Assembly: GCF_055900595.2 (NCBI RefSeq)
Contig: NZ_JBVWEU010000002.1
DNA from: a plasmid
Reading direction: 5' to 3' (one strand)
DNA length: 64,000 nucleotides
A program made the position numbers and the translations under genes. Shown piece by piece: positions 52,087 to 62,485 of this stretch. A model generated the notes under the pieces. That model worked only from the letters and a program-made list of their open reading frames with translations. It had not been told where the DNA came from and ran no database searches. The first letter of the stretch is position 1, and the number at the start of each line of letters is the position of its first letter.

Positions 52087-53079
52087 TCACAGGAAGACAC
52101 AGTTACGTTTACGCCACATCAGGTAGCCGAAGTTTTTCTTTGTGTTGGGCGGATTTTTCCCGGTTTCCCAGCGGGTCACGCTGCGCCCGAACGGGTGGCA
52201 CTGTCCGCTGTCCGGATACATATTCACCATCTGGTAACGCCAGCGTTCTTTGGGCAGGATTGGGGACGGATATTCATTACAGACGGCGTTATTTTTCCCG
52301 ATGGTTTCCATAATCATGCCCTGACGGTGCAGCTTGAACGCCATGCGTTCACTGACCAGCAGGGAGGACTGCAACGGACTGGACTCATTACTCACCCAGC
52401 CATTGAACGGGTACATACTTCCCTGCGAACCGGCACACCAGAACAGAACATCGAGAGGCATATTAAAGGCGCTGGCAATCGCATCTGCTGCGCAGGCTCC
52501 CTGTGCTATCGGATTGGCAAAGATGACAGCTTCCGGATTGAGAATGGTGGTCAGGCTGCTGTCCGTCCAGGTGGGGTCGATTTCAGAAAGATAAGCGATA
52601 TCCAGGTCACCACCTTCCAGACAGCCCAGCGATGTGATGATGTTAAGCCAGTACGTCAGCGGGTATTTGTACCAGTGAACGTGATAGAACGCCCCGTTCA
52701 CCTGCTTCTCATCCTTTTTCGCCGTTCCCTGTGCCGTTTTACCAAAAGCCGGCAGGCTGAAGCCCAGGTTAACCATGCATCCCGGTGATCGGGTGACGTC
52801 CGTCAGCGCCATCGGCTCCCAGTAACCAATGGCCAGCCCGATACGCCTGAACAGCGGCGGCGGTGCCGGACAAATCTGAATGGGCATCGACGGGTTCGCC
52901 GTGTCGGGGACCTTACCCTGACTGACTTTGATACTGCCCAGCGAGAGCGGGAAAATACAGCTCCAGCAGATATCCGTGATCGGGTTTACAAAACGCCCCT
53001 CACAGGCAGAATCCGCAGACGCTGCAGGGACATGACCGGCGAGAAGGAATAACATCAGCAGCCACAGGCTTCGCTTCAT
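52087..53079 (-). CDS. traU: TraU pilus assembly / DNA transfer protein
   Basis: 330 aa with a signal peptide, recognised as TraU. Confidence 0.96.
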   Translation of the reverse strand: MKRSLWLLMLFLLAGHVPAASADSACEGRFVNPITDICWSCIFPLSLGSIKVSQGKVPDTANPSMPIQICPAPPPLFRRIGLAIGYWEPMALTDVTRSPGCMVNLGFSLPAFGKTAQGTAKKDEKQVNGAFYHVHWYKYPLTYWLNIITSLGCLEGGDLDIAYLSEIDPTWTDSSLTTILNPEAVIFANPIAQGACAADAIASAFNMPLDVLFWCAGSQGSMYPFNGWVSNESSPLQSSLLVSERMAFKLHRQGMIMETIGKNNAVCNEYPSPILPKERWRYQMVNMYPDSGQCHPFGRSVTRWETGKNPPNTKKNFGYLMWRKRNCVFL

Positions 53080-53708
53080 TTTCTGCCCTCCTCTGCCGGA
53101 ATAAATTCCACCTTCAGGAAGCGATCGCCGGGAACGGCGCTCACCCGTGCCGGGACCTGATCAATGCCGAGGCGCTGGCAGAGCACACCGTTCTGGTCAA
53201 AGTAAACACGGCTGTCCAGAGACTTCTGCATCTCCGGGATACTGCCCTGCACGAGGATAATTTTGCTCTCCAGTGTGGGCGGCGTCTGGCGTTTCATCCA
53301 GGCCACCTGCGCCGGATCATCGCCATTGATGAAATACAGCGTCTGGTTAAAAGGAACATACTGCAGCGGATTCATCACTTCACCCTGACGGGCAAACACC
53401 CGCCCTTCGTTATCCCGGATATCCGCAGCCAGTCTGACGGACGGGTCAAACAACCGGCTGCCGTATTTCTCCGTGCGTCCGATACCGGGCACGGCAGGGG
53501 GCCGCAGACTGTTGCGGATCACCCGCTCCTTAAAGGCATCCATTTTCCGGCCCATCTCACCGGACTGCTCCAGTGCCGTCAGGCGCTGCATGATCACCGT
53601 CAGCATGTCCGGCTCCTTTACCGGCCACAGATCGCCCCAGGTACCAAGATCGGCGGCGGCCACACTCTGCCCCCATATCAGCAGGGCAATCAGCCCCCGG
53701 CATCTCAT
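53076..53708 (-). CDS. traW: TraW pilus assembly protein
   Basis: MRCRGLIALLIWGQSVAAADLGTWGDLWPVKEPDML... 210 aa. The longer ORF to 53822 is rejected. Confidence 0.95.
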   Translation of the reverse strand: MRCRGLIALLIWGQSVAAADLGTWGDLWPVKEPDMLTVIMQRLTALEQSGEMGRKMDAFKERVIRNSLRPPAVPGIGRTEKYGSRLFDPSVRLAADIRDNEGRVFARQGEVMNPLQYVPFNQTLYFINGDDPAQVAWMKRQTPPTLESKIILVQGSIPEMQKSLDSRVYFDQNGVLCQRLGIDQVPARVSAVPGDRFLKVEFIPAEEGRK

Positions 53709-54091
53709 GGCTCCGCCCTCATTCGCCGGGCGATATCCTGCTGGATTTCCCGGGTGATATCCGGAGCCCCCTGTACCACGGCAGGCGACACCAGAATGAC
53801 CGCGTGGTGTTTCTGCTGCCATGCCTGCAGGCTGGCTTCCAGTGCCGTGTTAAAACGCGCTGAAAGGGCTTTTGACTGTACTTCTGACAGTTGTTTCTGA
53901 CTGGCGCTGTCAAAAAACGCATCCACGGTCTGTTTCATGTTGAAGGCGGCAGTCACCGGTGCGTTCAGTCTGACAATGCCGTAACTGATGGCTGCGTTCA
54001 GTAACACCATTGCCAGGCATCCCGGCACCGTCCACCACCAGTGGCTGCGTCGACGGGCTGTAACGTCAGTCGTTTTTTGCGTTGTGGTCAT
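53705..54091 (-). CDS. trbI: TrbI inner-membrane protein
   Basis: 128 aa with one TM segment, in the F trbI slot. Confidence 0.92.
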   Translation of the reverse strand: MTTTQKTTDVTARRRSHWWWTVPGCLAMVLLNAAISYGIVRLNAPVTAAFNMKQTVDAFFDSASQKQLSEVQSKALSARFNTALEASLQAWQQKHHAVILVSPAVVQGAPDITREIQQDIARRMRAEP

Positions 54092-56718
54092 GCAACACTC
54101 CTGTATTTCTCATGTTCTTCCAGCCAGGCTTCCAGCGAAGCCATCTCCGGCCCTGACTTCTTCCACGCCAGCTGCCACACCGCCTCATGAATACTCAGCC
54201 CCTCTTTACGTTTCTGCTGCACAAACTCAAAATCCGGGCCGTCAGAGCTGTACATGGCGCGGCTTAACGGGTCCACAAACAGGCGGTGCCAGGAGGAATG
54301 GTTTTCCACCTGCAGCAGGAAGGAACTGAACCACTGATCTTTGGCCGCACCGAACTTACCAATCATGTCACGCTGCAGTGGCAGGAACTGGTCCGGATAC
54401 AGCTGGTTGTATTTCGCGAACTCCTTCGCACTCTGTTTGAGGATAATTTTGTAGGAGGAGTTACCCCATGCTGCACGGGCCGCACTGGAGGCCTTGTCAG
54501 AGTCAAAGTCGACGATGTTCTGTGTGATGGTGATATAGGCACCGGTATGACGGCGGGCGGTACGGTAGCCTTTCTCAATAAATTCACCGACCTTGTGATT
54601 TTTGAAGTCCAGCAGACGCCAGCCTTCATCAATGACGTTCAGTTTCTTGAGGTTACGCGGCGTGCGGTACATCCGGTTCTCAATGTAAATGATAAGGCTG
54701 AACATCACCGCAACCAGCAGGGATGGACGGTCTTCCAGTCCGCCCAGCTCCAGCACCACCATTTTCGCATCATCCCGCAGGGACGGCTCATCGGAGTTGA
54801 AATACTGGCCATAAGTGCCGTTAGCAGTGTACTGGTCAAGCAGCACAATCATTTCGTCCAGACGGCTGCGGATGGTCGGTGATTCGGCATACTGCTCGCT
54901 GTCACTGGCGTTTTTCAGGAAATCCACCACGTCATCAATACGTGCCCTGTTCTCTTTGGCCAGCCATGATGCCCTGACTGCCTGCAGCAGCAGACCTTCA
55001 TGCACTTCATCCAGGTTACCGTTGGGGCTGGCCATCACCGACAGCTGGTCGCGGACACGCTCCGCTGACTGGTCAATATCGGTGATGTTCGCAAACGGGT
55101 TAAAGCGCAGGGTTTCACCGTCCAGATATACGCCCCCCATGTTCTCACACAGGGACTTGTAGCCATCCCCCATGTCGAACACCACGGCAAAGCCCCCGGA
55201 GTCCAGCACGCTGCGGATAAGTGGCTGTATCAGCCCGGTTTTACCGGCCCCGGAGGTGCCACAGACCGCCATGTTATAGTTGGTGTTATTCATCCCCCGG
55301 AAGAAAATATCGATAAACGCCAGCTGGTTACGGTAGGTGGGTGCCAGCAGACCTGCCGGTGTCAGGGGGTTATCCGCCACTAACGGCATCAGGTTGGCCA
55401 CATTAAAGCTCTCTGCGCGCTGTACCACTCCGGCCTCTTTCAGCTGTTTAAACAACCCTTTCCCGGCCATAAAGGGCAGACAGGTCAGGAAATTGCGCAT
55501 GTGGTTAAAGCGCGGTGAAATCAGCTCAAAACCGTTTTTACGGAAGCTGTTCAGGATGTCCTGCTCCACTTCCAGTGCCGTTTCATTATTGTCCTTGCAG
55601 AAGGCTGTGATGTTGAGGAAGTAGGACACGACAGAGGACTGACCGGAGCCCAGCCGCTGACGCAGTTCCCCCCACTCCTTCGCCTCTTTCTCCACGGACG
55701 GAAACCATTTGGCATAGGAGGTCTTCGACTTTTTCTCCAGGTCCATGTACTTCAGGTTGGCTTCGCTGTGGGTTTTCACCTGGTCTTCCACCACCAGAGT
55801 CAGCGTCAGGATGAACGGACAGGAGATGGACAGTTCCGGGTTCAGCAGGTTGCTGTAGTTGTCGGCCATGTTCCACAGGAAGGCGATTTCCGGGTTACGG
55901 GCCAGATGGAAATTCAGGATGCGGGCCGTGCTGTTCCTGCCGTTCTCACGCAGGCCCAGCGTCAGGTAATCAGCCCGGACTTTCAGGTCAAAACTGTCCT
56001 CCACACACTGATAATTCAGATCAGAATACGGGTCCAGCTGACGTCTTTTCGGGTACAGGGAGTCCGGGTTATGGTTAATCATCTCCCCGACAATATCGAT
56101 AAAGGCCTGTGCATCCACCGTCTGTGTGGTGATACTGGCCCCCTGTAACGACGCCCGGATGATTTTCACCAGGTTTTCCATTTCCAGAATGTCGGCCCGG
56201 CTTTTTTTCTTCGAAGGAGAACAGTACGAGATAAACACCCGGTAATGGCGCAGGGTCAGGGGCAGATTCATCCCCTCCGGCAGCGGAAACTGTGTCGCTG
56301 CCGCTTTCATATAATAGGCCCGGGTAATGGCGTTAAACCGTTCAGCCTGTTCACCTGACCAGGAGAACTCACGCAGCCCGTATTCAATCCTGTCACCAAC
56401 CAGCTGACTGGACATCAGATGGATACACAACGGAATACCGCGCGGCAGTTTGGTGCGCAGCATGTGATCGAGGGCCTCCACAATGGACTCATTCGCCCCA
56501 TTGATGGGAATGGCTTCCAGCATAAAGCCCATCGTGGTGTCATTCATGAACAGACCGGATTCCTGGTTGTAATCACGATACGGCAGCAGACGGCTGAACT
56601 GCGGGAAGCTCATTTCGCCCAGCACTTCATTGGCCTTTGCTGATTCGTCAGGCAGTTTCAGTGCTGTGACGAGGGAGTTAACCGCCTGAGTGACGGCCTC
56701 AAGTGGGTTATTACTCAT
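54088..56718 (-). CDS. traC: TraC VirB4-type secretion ATPase
   Basis: 876 aa, Walker A GTSGAGKT, Walker B VVLELG/IDEGW region, recognised as TraC. Confidence 0.97.
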   Translation of the reverse strand: MSNNPLEAVTQAVNSLVTALKLPDESAKANEVLGEMSFPQFSRLLPYRDYNQESGLFMNDTTMGFMLEAIPINGANESIVEALDHMLRTKLPRGIPLCIHLMSSQLVGDRIEYGLREFSWSGEQAERFNAITRAYYMKAAATQFPLPEGMNLPLTLRHYRVFISYCSPSKKKSRADILEMENLVKIIRASLQGASITTQTVDAQAFIDIVGEMINHNPDSLYPKRRQLDPYSDLNYQCVEDSFDLKVRADYLTLGLRENGRNSTARILNFHLARNPEIAFLWNMADNYSNLLNPELSISCPFILTLTLVVEDQVKTHSEANLKYMDLEKKSKTSYAKWFPSVEKEAKEWGELRQRLGSGQSSVVSYFLNITAFCKDNNETALEVEQDILNSFRKNGFELISPRFNHMRNFLTCLPFMAGKGLFKQLKEAGVVQRAESFNVANLMPLVADNPLTPAGLLAPTYRNQLAFIDIFFRGMNNTNYNMAVCGTSGAGKTGLIQPLIRSVLDSGGFAVVFDMGDGYKSLCENMGGVYLDGETLRFNPFANITDIDQSAERVRDQLSVMASPNGNLDEVHEGLLLQAVRASWLAKENRARIDDVVDFLKNASDSEQYAESPTIRSRLDEMIVLLDQYTANGTYGQYFNSDEPSLRDDAKMVVLELGGLEDRPSLLVAVMFSLIIYIENRMYRTPRNLKKLNVIDEGWRLLDFKNHKVGEFIEKGYRTARRHTGAYITITQNIVDFDSDKASSAARAAWGNSSYKIILKQSAKEFAKYNQLYPDQFLPLQRDMIGKFGAAKDQWFSSFLLQVENHSSWHRLFVDPLSRAMYSSDGPDFEFVQQKRKEGLSIHEAVWQLAWKKSGPEMASLEAWLEEHEKYRSVA

Positions 56719-56843
56719 ATGAGTATTCCTTAGTGCGTTTAAAAAAGGAAAATATCAGTCTGTGGCCGTGGATATATCACGCAGTGCCATTCCTGAAACC
56801 ACAGCACAAATAAGAGATGGAGGCTTTTAACAGGAAACCAGGA

Positions 56844-57206
56844 TTAACGTTCCTTTACTGAATGAGCATCATTTAATGCCTGAATTTGTTTTTCGCGAAT
56901 CTTATTGCGCTCATTTTCTCTTACCCGTTTCACCTCTGCCATTTCGTTTCTTTCTCTACACGCTGATGCAAGCTCTTTTGCCTTACCAAGACTTAAAGGT
57001 TCAGGCTGATAATCAGATGTGTCAGACTTAATAGCTTCCTTAAATGCTTCTGCTGCACAGGGGATATCCTGTGTAATCTCTGTCAGTTGTTCTGGTGTTG
57101 CAGGTTGTTGCTCAAGGTAGTCATTGTAAAAAAGACCACATATCAACATAGCCATAACGCCAACAAATATAAAAGCCAGAACAGATTTTAAATATATCGA
57201 CTTCAT
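56844..57206 (-). CDS. Hypothetical membrane-anchored protein (120 aa from the ATG at 57206), traR-traC accessory ORF 3
   Basis: N-terminal TM (SVLAFIFVGVMAMLICGLF) followed by a charged coiled-coil-like C-terminus. An AAGGA SD lies 7 nt upstream. Confidence 0.6.
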   Translation of the reverse strand: MKSIYLKSVLAFIFVGVMAMLICGLFYNDYLEQQPATPEQLTEITQDIPCAAEAFKEAIKSDTSDYQPEPLSLGKAKELASACRERNEMAEVKRVRENERNKIREKQIQALNDAHSVKER

Positions 57207-57233
57207 TTCATTTTCCTTCGAAGCAGTAAGCAC

Positions 57234-57452
57234 TCATTGCCCACCACCATTCAGTGTTTCCATCACGTTGTTCAAAGGTTCATTTGTTTTAACTTCAATA
57301 CATTCCCCTGTATTTCCAAAGCCCCTGCCTCCGTGTGCTTCGATTGTCCGAAGAACCTGCACGCATACGTCCGTATTTGGCATGGGAGTAACATTCCAGC
57401 TTCCGCCACCGTTAATATTTTTTATCAGCACAAGAAAAATAAAGGTATGCAT
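57234..57452 (-). CDS. Hypothetical small protein (72 aa), traR-traC accessory ORF 2
   Basis: ORF abutting ORF 3, Gly-rich (NGGGSW, HGGRGFGNTGEC, NGGGQ). No family is recognised. Confidence 0.5.
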   Translation of the reverse strand: MHTFIFLVLIKNINGGGSWNVTPMPNTDVCVQVLRTIEAHGGRGFGNTGECIEVKTNEPLNNVMETLNGGGQ

Positions 57453-57531
57453 TCTTTATTACCGCCTGTTAAATATTAATCACTGAATATCCCTTCAGTT
57501 AACTTATGAGGTCATAAAACACTGCAGATTC

Positions 57532-58008
57532 TCATTCGGATTTATTCTCTTCAGTAAACTTCCGGATGGTATCCTGTTCACGCTGACGGGTGGCAGACTC
57601 CTGCATTGCATCCACTTTCTCCTGCCAGAGACGCCGGATATCCTGTTCATCCCGACCAGTCAGTTTTTTACCGGACAACAAACGGTTAAGCAGTTCCTGT
57701 CTCGCATCCGGTACGTCTTCAGTCAGACGCATAAGCTGAAGCAGGCTCTGACGGCTGAGGACCATGCGTGATTCCTCCGGTACGCTGTAATAATTAAAAA
57801 TACGACTGAATACCCCACAACAGCAGGCAACGGACAGGCACAGGGATTTCAGATACAGGCCAGAAACACAGAATGTGGCAACACCACAAAGAATAGCTAT
57901 AACTAAAAAGCCCTTACCCAGCGCCATACACAAAGAACCCTGTTTTCTGGATATCCGCTCATGCTCATCCAGAATAAAATCTATTTTTTCATTTTCTGAT
58001 TTATGCAT
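57532..58008 (-). CDS. Hypothetical two-TM membrane protein (158 aa), traR-traC accessory ORF 1
   Basis: Its ATG overlaps the traR stop (ATGCATAA). It has a Cys-rich hydrophobic hairpin (FLVIAILCGVATFCVSGLYLKSLCLSVACCCGVF). Confidence 0.65.
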   Translation of the reverse strand: MHKSENEKIDFILDEHERISRKQGSLCMALGKGFLVIAILCGVATFCVSGLYLKSLCLSVACCCGVFSRIFNYYSVPEESRMVLSRQSLLQLMRLTEDVPDARQELLNRLLSGKKLTGRDEQDIRRLWQEKVDAMQESATRQREQDTIRKFTEENKSE

Positions 58009-58222
58009 AGTGTTTCCTCTGCCTTTCCTGATACGCCTGACATTCAACGCACAACGTCACACCGGGAAATATTTTCCGCCGGGCTTCCGGAATAGGATTT
58101 CCGCATGCTTCACAGAGATAAACAGGAATACCATGAGCATTTATTTTCTGGCGTATCCGGTTTATTCCTGTCATGGTCAGTTGTTCTGTCACTGAATATG
58201 CTTCATCGACTTCATCACTCAC
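58001..58222 (-). CDS. traR: TraR DksA-type zinc-finger protein
   Basis: 73 aa with the C4 finger CEACGNPIPEARRKIFPGVTLCVEC. Confidence 0.93.
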   Translation of the reverse strand: MSDEVDEAYSVTEQLTMTGINRIRQKINAHGIPVYLCEACGNPIPEARRKIFPGVTLCVECQAYQERQRKHYA

Positions 58223-58356
58223 GGAATATTCCTCCCGACATGTTCTGACACGCTACCGCCCATCCCTTTTCACGCACAGGGCACTCGTTTTACAGGCAGA
58301 TTTTGAATACAGAAAGCCCGCCGGCATTGCCGGCTGATATACAACTTCAGGGCCAG

Positions 58357-58872
58357 TTAATTAATACGTGGTTTTCCCCACGCAGACGGTTTAATAACAA
58401 AAAACACGCTGGATGGCTGATGATAAACATCCTGATTATCAATATAAGGCGCTATCCATAATGCTGCCGTCTGCTCACCCGTTCTTAGCGGACGGGGAGG
58501 CGTTACCGGCGCAACTGAACTGACCGGGACAACCGTTTTCACTTCCCGGGCTGCAGTAAACAGCGGGCGAGGTGTCAGCAGTTTCTGCTCCGGAAGTGTC
58601 GTCACCGCAGGTCTGCTGCCGGACGGAGTGGTTGCGGTGATGGTCTGCACCGGCATTGTCCGGAAGTTCCCTTCAGCCAGGCGCGGCAGTGATGCCGCAA
58701 CCGGCTTTGCTTCTGAGGACTGCTCCAGTTTTTTGGCCTTCTCATTGGCCTGCTCCATCGTCATACAGGTATCGGATGTGGTGGCGTTACACTCAAATTC
58801 CGTATTTGTTCCTGCGCAGCCGGAAAGTAATAAGGTTCCCAGCAGAGGAATAAATAAAGAAATCTGTTTCAT
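58357..58872 (-). CDS. traV: TraV outer-membrane lipoprotein
   Basis: 171 aa with the lipobox LLLSGC. Confidence 0.95.
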   Translation of the reverse strand: MKQISLFIPLLGTLLLSGCAGTNTEFECNATTSDTCMTMEQANEKAKKLEQSSEAKPVAASLPRLAEGNFRTMPVQTITATTPSGSRPAVTTLPEQKLLTPRPLFTAAREVKTVVPVSSVAPVTPPRPLRTGEQTAALWIAPYIDNQDVYHQPSSVFFVIKPSAWGKPRIN

Positions 58873-59189
58873 TGCCCTTCTCCTTTTTTATTACTCCCCA
58901 CAACAGCAGAAATTAACTCTGCTGTCAGATTTGTTTTCCCTGCACAGGGATGTCCGGAGACCACTGTATTTCCCGGAGAAGAAAATAAGCTCATCGACAT
59001 TCCCTTCTTCATCACACCGACAGCAGCCATATTAAAATTGTGCGGCAATGATTCAGAACTGAACTCCTTCGGAGCAGGAAGAACTATTTTTGTGGTGCAG
59101 TTACTGAGAACAGCATGCATAAAATCATCTGATACGTTTTTATCCGGCACAACGCGGGCTGTAATAACATTAATATTACGCATGTTCAT
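58869..59189 (-). CDS. TrbD/TrbG-slot protein (106 aa), function unknown
   Basis: A single ORF fills the traP-traV gap. A GGAG SD precedes the ATG at 59189. It contains GHPCAGKT (a G....GKT pattern). Confidence 0.65.
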   Translation of the reverse strand: MNMRNINVITARVVPDKNVSDDFMHAVLSNCTTKIVLPAPKEFSSESLPHNFNMAAVGVMKKGMSMSLFSSPGNTVVSGHPCAGKTNLTAELISAVVGSNKKGEGQ

Positions 59190-59766
59190 TTTTATCTCCG
59201 TTGCCTCTGTTTGTTCGGTCATCAGGGAAATAAACATGGCATTTCCTGATTTTTCCCGGCAGGGAAGCGTCTTCCGTATAAACGTCCTTCAGATATTCAT
59301 CTGCGGTTACCACCCGGATACATTTCATTTTTCCGGGCAGCACCGGATATTTCCCGGTGATCGCTGCCAGCGAGACATACATCAGTGCCAGTGTTGCCCA
59401 TAATGCGGTGACCAGTTGCATCAGTGACCGGTCAGTCTCCCTGACATAATCTGCAGCATCAGCCGCGCGGTAATGGCAGATATCCTGTATTTCTGATCTG
59501 CCTGAAGAATCAGAGGAAGAAAACCAGCATTCACTGACCGGGAACTGTCCGGCAGGTGCTGTTTGTCTTACGAAGTTAATCTCCTTAACCAGTAATTTCC
59601 CCGGCGTGGTGTTGTCCTTCCATAAAACAAACAGAGCCATCAGGGCCATTGTGGCCAGTGGCAGAATGACGGTGTACTTCAGACACCAGAACAGTCCTCG
59701 CAGAACCCGGGCGACAACATACCGGGCGGCATGGCACGCCTGACGGGACGACATATTATTTGCCAT
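59176..59766 (-). CDS. traP: TraP inner-membrane protein
   Basis: 196 aa in the F traP slot. Confidence 0.9.
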   Translation of the reverse strand: MANNMSSRQACHAARYVVARVLRGLFWCLKYTVILPLATMALMALFVLWKDNTTPGKLLVKEINFVRQTAPAGQFPVSECWFSSSDSSGRSEIQDICHYRAADAADYVRETDRSLMQLVTALWATLALMYVSLAAITGKYPVLPGKMKCIRVVTADEYLKDVYTEDASLPGKIRKCHVYFPDDRTNRGNGDKNEHA

Positions 59767-61183
59767 CGTTGCCCCCTCCCTGGCTGCCGGACATAAACTG
59801 CTGCGGATTCAGGTTGCCCAGCTGCTTCAGCATCTGGTCAGTATTAAAGCCGTTAAGATGACTTTCAGCCGATGGCGGAACAGGAACCGGACTTTCCGGA
59901 TTGTCTTCTTCCGCTCTGCTCTGCGTGCGTTCCAGCGCCATCTCTTCCACGGTTTTCAGCTGGAAGCCGTCCTGGAACACCACGGTCACTTCGTTGCCCG
60001 CACCAATCGGTATCACCGGGTGATACTGTTCGGCACGTTTGATGTAGTAGTCACTGAGCGTCTGTGCGGCTTTCGATGCGCCGCCACCGATACCCATTTT
60101 CAGGACATCACCAGCCCCGTAAGCGGCTGTGGCACCCAGCCCGACAGCCGGCTGGGAAGCGCGCTCCATTCCCTGACCGATACCGTCAACAAATCCCGCG
60201 CCCCATGCCCAGCCGAGGATTTTGCCGTTACGCATCACCACTTCGCCCTTGATACCGTTTTTACCCCGGAAGCTGACATGCCCCTTAATCGGCATATCAA
60301 TGGTTTTGCCGTCCTTCAGGCAGCTGATATTGCGGGTGCGTACAATGGCACGTTCACTGGACACATCCCCCCAGGCTTCCAGCCCCACAAAACATCCCGT
60401 TGCGTCATACGTTTTGCTGTTCGGCATTTCCACCAGACCGGTGATACGCAGCTGCATCGGCACCGTGGATTCATTACCGGTGACTGAGGCATTGGCATCC
60501 GCTCCTTCAATCAGCATGGCTTTCGCAAAACTTCCTGACGGAATGTACGGCAGTGATGGTCCCTGTTTTCCCTCATTACGGGTGAACACCTTACGCTGTA
60601 TCCGGTTAGGCACCGGTACAGACTGGTACGTCACCTGCGGTGGTGGCGTGACACCATTACCTGGATAAAACGCCGTCGGCGGTGGAACAGCAACGCTGCC
60701 CTGCGGCGGGAAAGATACGGGTGTGTTTCCTGGCTGTGGTTCGCCTTCCGGGCCGGGCGGTGAGGCTGGCGTCTGCGGTACTGGCTCACCGGTCGCGGTG
60801 ACAGGATTTGCACCCAGGGCTTTCACCTGCTCTGCCAGTGCAGCATTGTCCTGTCCCAGCTTTTCAATACGACGCTGGTCATCACCGCGCTGTTTGTTCA
60901 GGACATCCAGCTCACGACGGATTTCCTCATACTGCTTCTGCATCTGTGCTGCCGTCACCTGCATCTCTGTGGTGGCATGCTGACGCACCTTGTCATCAAA
61001 GGTCGTATCCACCACACCGGTCATATCCGGCACAGGCTCCTGTTCAGCCACGGCTTCACCGTTACCGGACATGTCCACATCAGACAGATACAGTGCCCCA
61101 CCAATCGCGGAGGCTGCACCGACAACCACAATCCCCAGCCACAGGTACTGCTTGCGTTTCACAATGGTATTGATACTGGCCAT
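59756..61183 (-). CDS. traB: TraB (VirB10-like) secretion channel protein
   Basis: 475 aa with a Pro-rich linker, recognised as TraB. Confidence 0.96.
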   Translation of the reverse strand: MASINTIVKRKQYLWLGIVVVGAASAIGGALYLSDVDMSGNGEAVAEQEPVPDMTGVVDTTFDDKVRQHATTEMQVTAAQMQKQYEEIRRELDVLNKQRGDDQRRIEKLGQDNAALAEQVKALGANPVTATGEPVPQTPASPPGPEGEPQPGNTPVSFPPQGSVAVPPPTAFYPGNGVTPPPQVTYQSVPVPNRIQRKVFTRNEGKQGPSLPYIPSGSFAKAMLIEGADANASVTGNESTVPMQLRITGLVEMPNSKTYDATGCFVGLEAWGDVSSERAIVRTRNISCLKDGKTIDMPIKGHVSFRGKNGIKGEVVMRNGKILGWAWGAGFVDGIGQGMERASQPAVGLGATAAYGAGDVLKMGIGGGASKAAQTLSDYYIKRAEQYHPVIPIGAGNEVTVVFQDGFQLKTVEEMALERTQSRAEEDNPESPVPVPPSAESHLNGFNTDQMLKQLGNLNPQQFMSGSQGGGNDGK

Positions 61184-61911
61184 CAGTTGCCCTCCCCGTC
61201 ACGGATGACATACACATCCATGCGCGCACCTGCCAGTAACTGGCTGGCAGGCTGGCTGAACATCACGGCACGGGTTCCCGGCTGCCAGAAATCACTTTCC
61301 CGGATATTCAGGGCAGACAGCGTTTTATTTTCCACGGCAAAGCGGACCATCTTCAGGTGATTCCCCGTCCATACGGCATCTGCCACTGAAGACAGCCCCG
61401 CCGGGGCCTGCAGGGTTTCCTTTGTCACCGGGACCTGATACCAGCCTGCGGGTAATTTTCCGCCACGGACGGCCTGGCTGATGGTCACAAGCAGGGATTC
61501 GTAAGGCGTGGACGTTTCCCACGCACCGGCTTCTTCTCCGGTTCCGCGCAGGTCACTGACCAGCTGAATGGTACGCCCCGCGCCTTCACGGGGAACGGCC
61601 TGAATGGAAAGATTCAGACCACGTTCTGTTTCCAGAATGAACGTAAAGGGCTTTTTGTTGACGGTGGCCACCACCACACCGCCGGAGGCGGTCTGCTCAT
61701 TATTGGTCAGGGCACCATCCAGACTGTTCACGGCGATAATCCGGTCACCGGGAACGGTAAACAGATTCGGGCTGGTATTGCTGATGGCAATACTGGCCTG
61801 ACCACCGTTCACCATTGGCACCACGGTGGGGGCCAGCGTACCTGTACCGGCCATCACGCTGCAGGAAAAAAACAGGCTGCCGAATATTATTGCCGTATTA
61901 TTTTTTCTCAT
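61183..61911 (-). CDS. traK: TraK (VirB9/secretin-like) protein
   Basis: 242 aa with a signal peptide. Confidence 0.95.
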   Translation of the reverse strand: MRKNNTAIIFGSLFFSCSVMAGTGTLAPTVVPMVNGGQASIAISNTSPNLFTVPGDRIIAVNSLDGALTNNEQTASGGVVVATVNKKPFTFILETERGLNLSIQAVPREGAGRTIQLVSDLRGTGEEAGAWETSTPYESLLVTISQAVRGGKLPAGWYQVPVTKETLQAPAGLSSVADAVWTGNHLKMVRFAVENKTLSALNIRESDFWQPGTRAVMFSQPASQLLAGARMDVYVIRDGEGN

Positions 61912-62464
61912 CGTCTGTTTCCCCGAAATTATCCAGCCAGGTCACCCCGTTTTCCCGCTTCAGAATAAGGATGTAATGTTTGATATCAGTGAAAGGTTTT
62001 GAATCACCAATCCAGGTTTTAAGCACACCACGAATTTCCACACGGCCATACTGAGGCCAGACACGAACACTGGTCTGGAAAAAGGCTGAGTTCACGTTAT
62101 CGTTTTTAATACGCTTCGCTTCTTCAGCCAGAATAACTTTCATCTGGTTCTGTGCGCCCGGGCGGATATATTGCAGAAGCGCCTGATGTGAGGCATCGAC
62201 GGTTTCTGATGAAACATTCAGACGGAGGGCAATAAATGACAGCGCCATCTGCTGTAAATAAGAGGCGTCGGCACTGTTCTGTGACACGGCAAAGGGAGCA
62301 TTAAATGCCATTGGCGTCACGGCAGTGCGTTGCTCATTCTGAAGACGGTAGTTATTCACCCCCTGAATGACGTTAACAGAGAGGCTGAGAACAATAAGCA
62401 CTGACATAAATATAAAGGCGATGGCCATTACACGACTGGTACTTAAACGGGCACCGTGTTCCAT
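61898..62464 (-). CDS. traE: TraE pilus assembly protein
   Basis: 188 aa with an N-terminal TM segment. Confidence 0.95.
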   Translation of the reverse strand: MEHGARLSTSRVMAIAFIFMSVLIVLSLSVNVIQGVNNYRLQNEQRTAVTPMAFNAPFAVSQNSADASYLQQMALSFIALRLNVSSETVDASHQALLQYIRPGAQNQMKVILAEEAKRIKNDNVNSAFFQTSVRVWPQYGRVEIRGVLKTWIGDSKPFTDIKHYILILKRENGVTWLDNFGETDDEKK

Positions 62465-62485
62465 ATAACAATCCTGGTATCAGTT

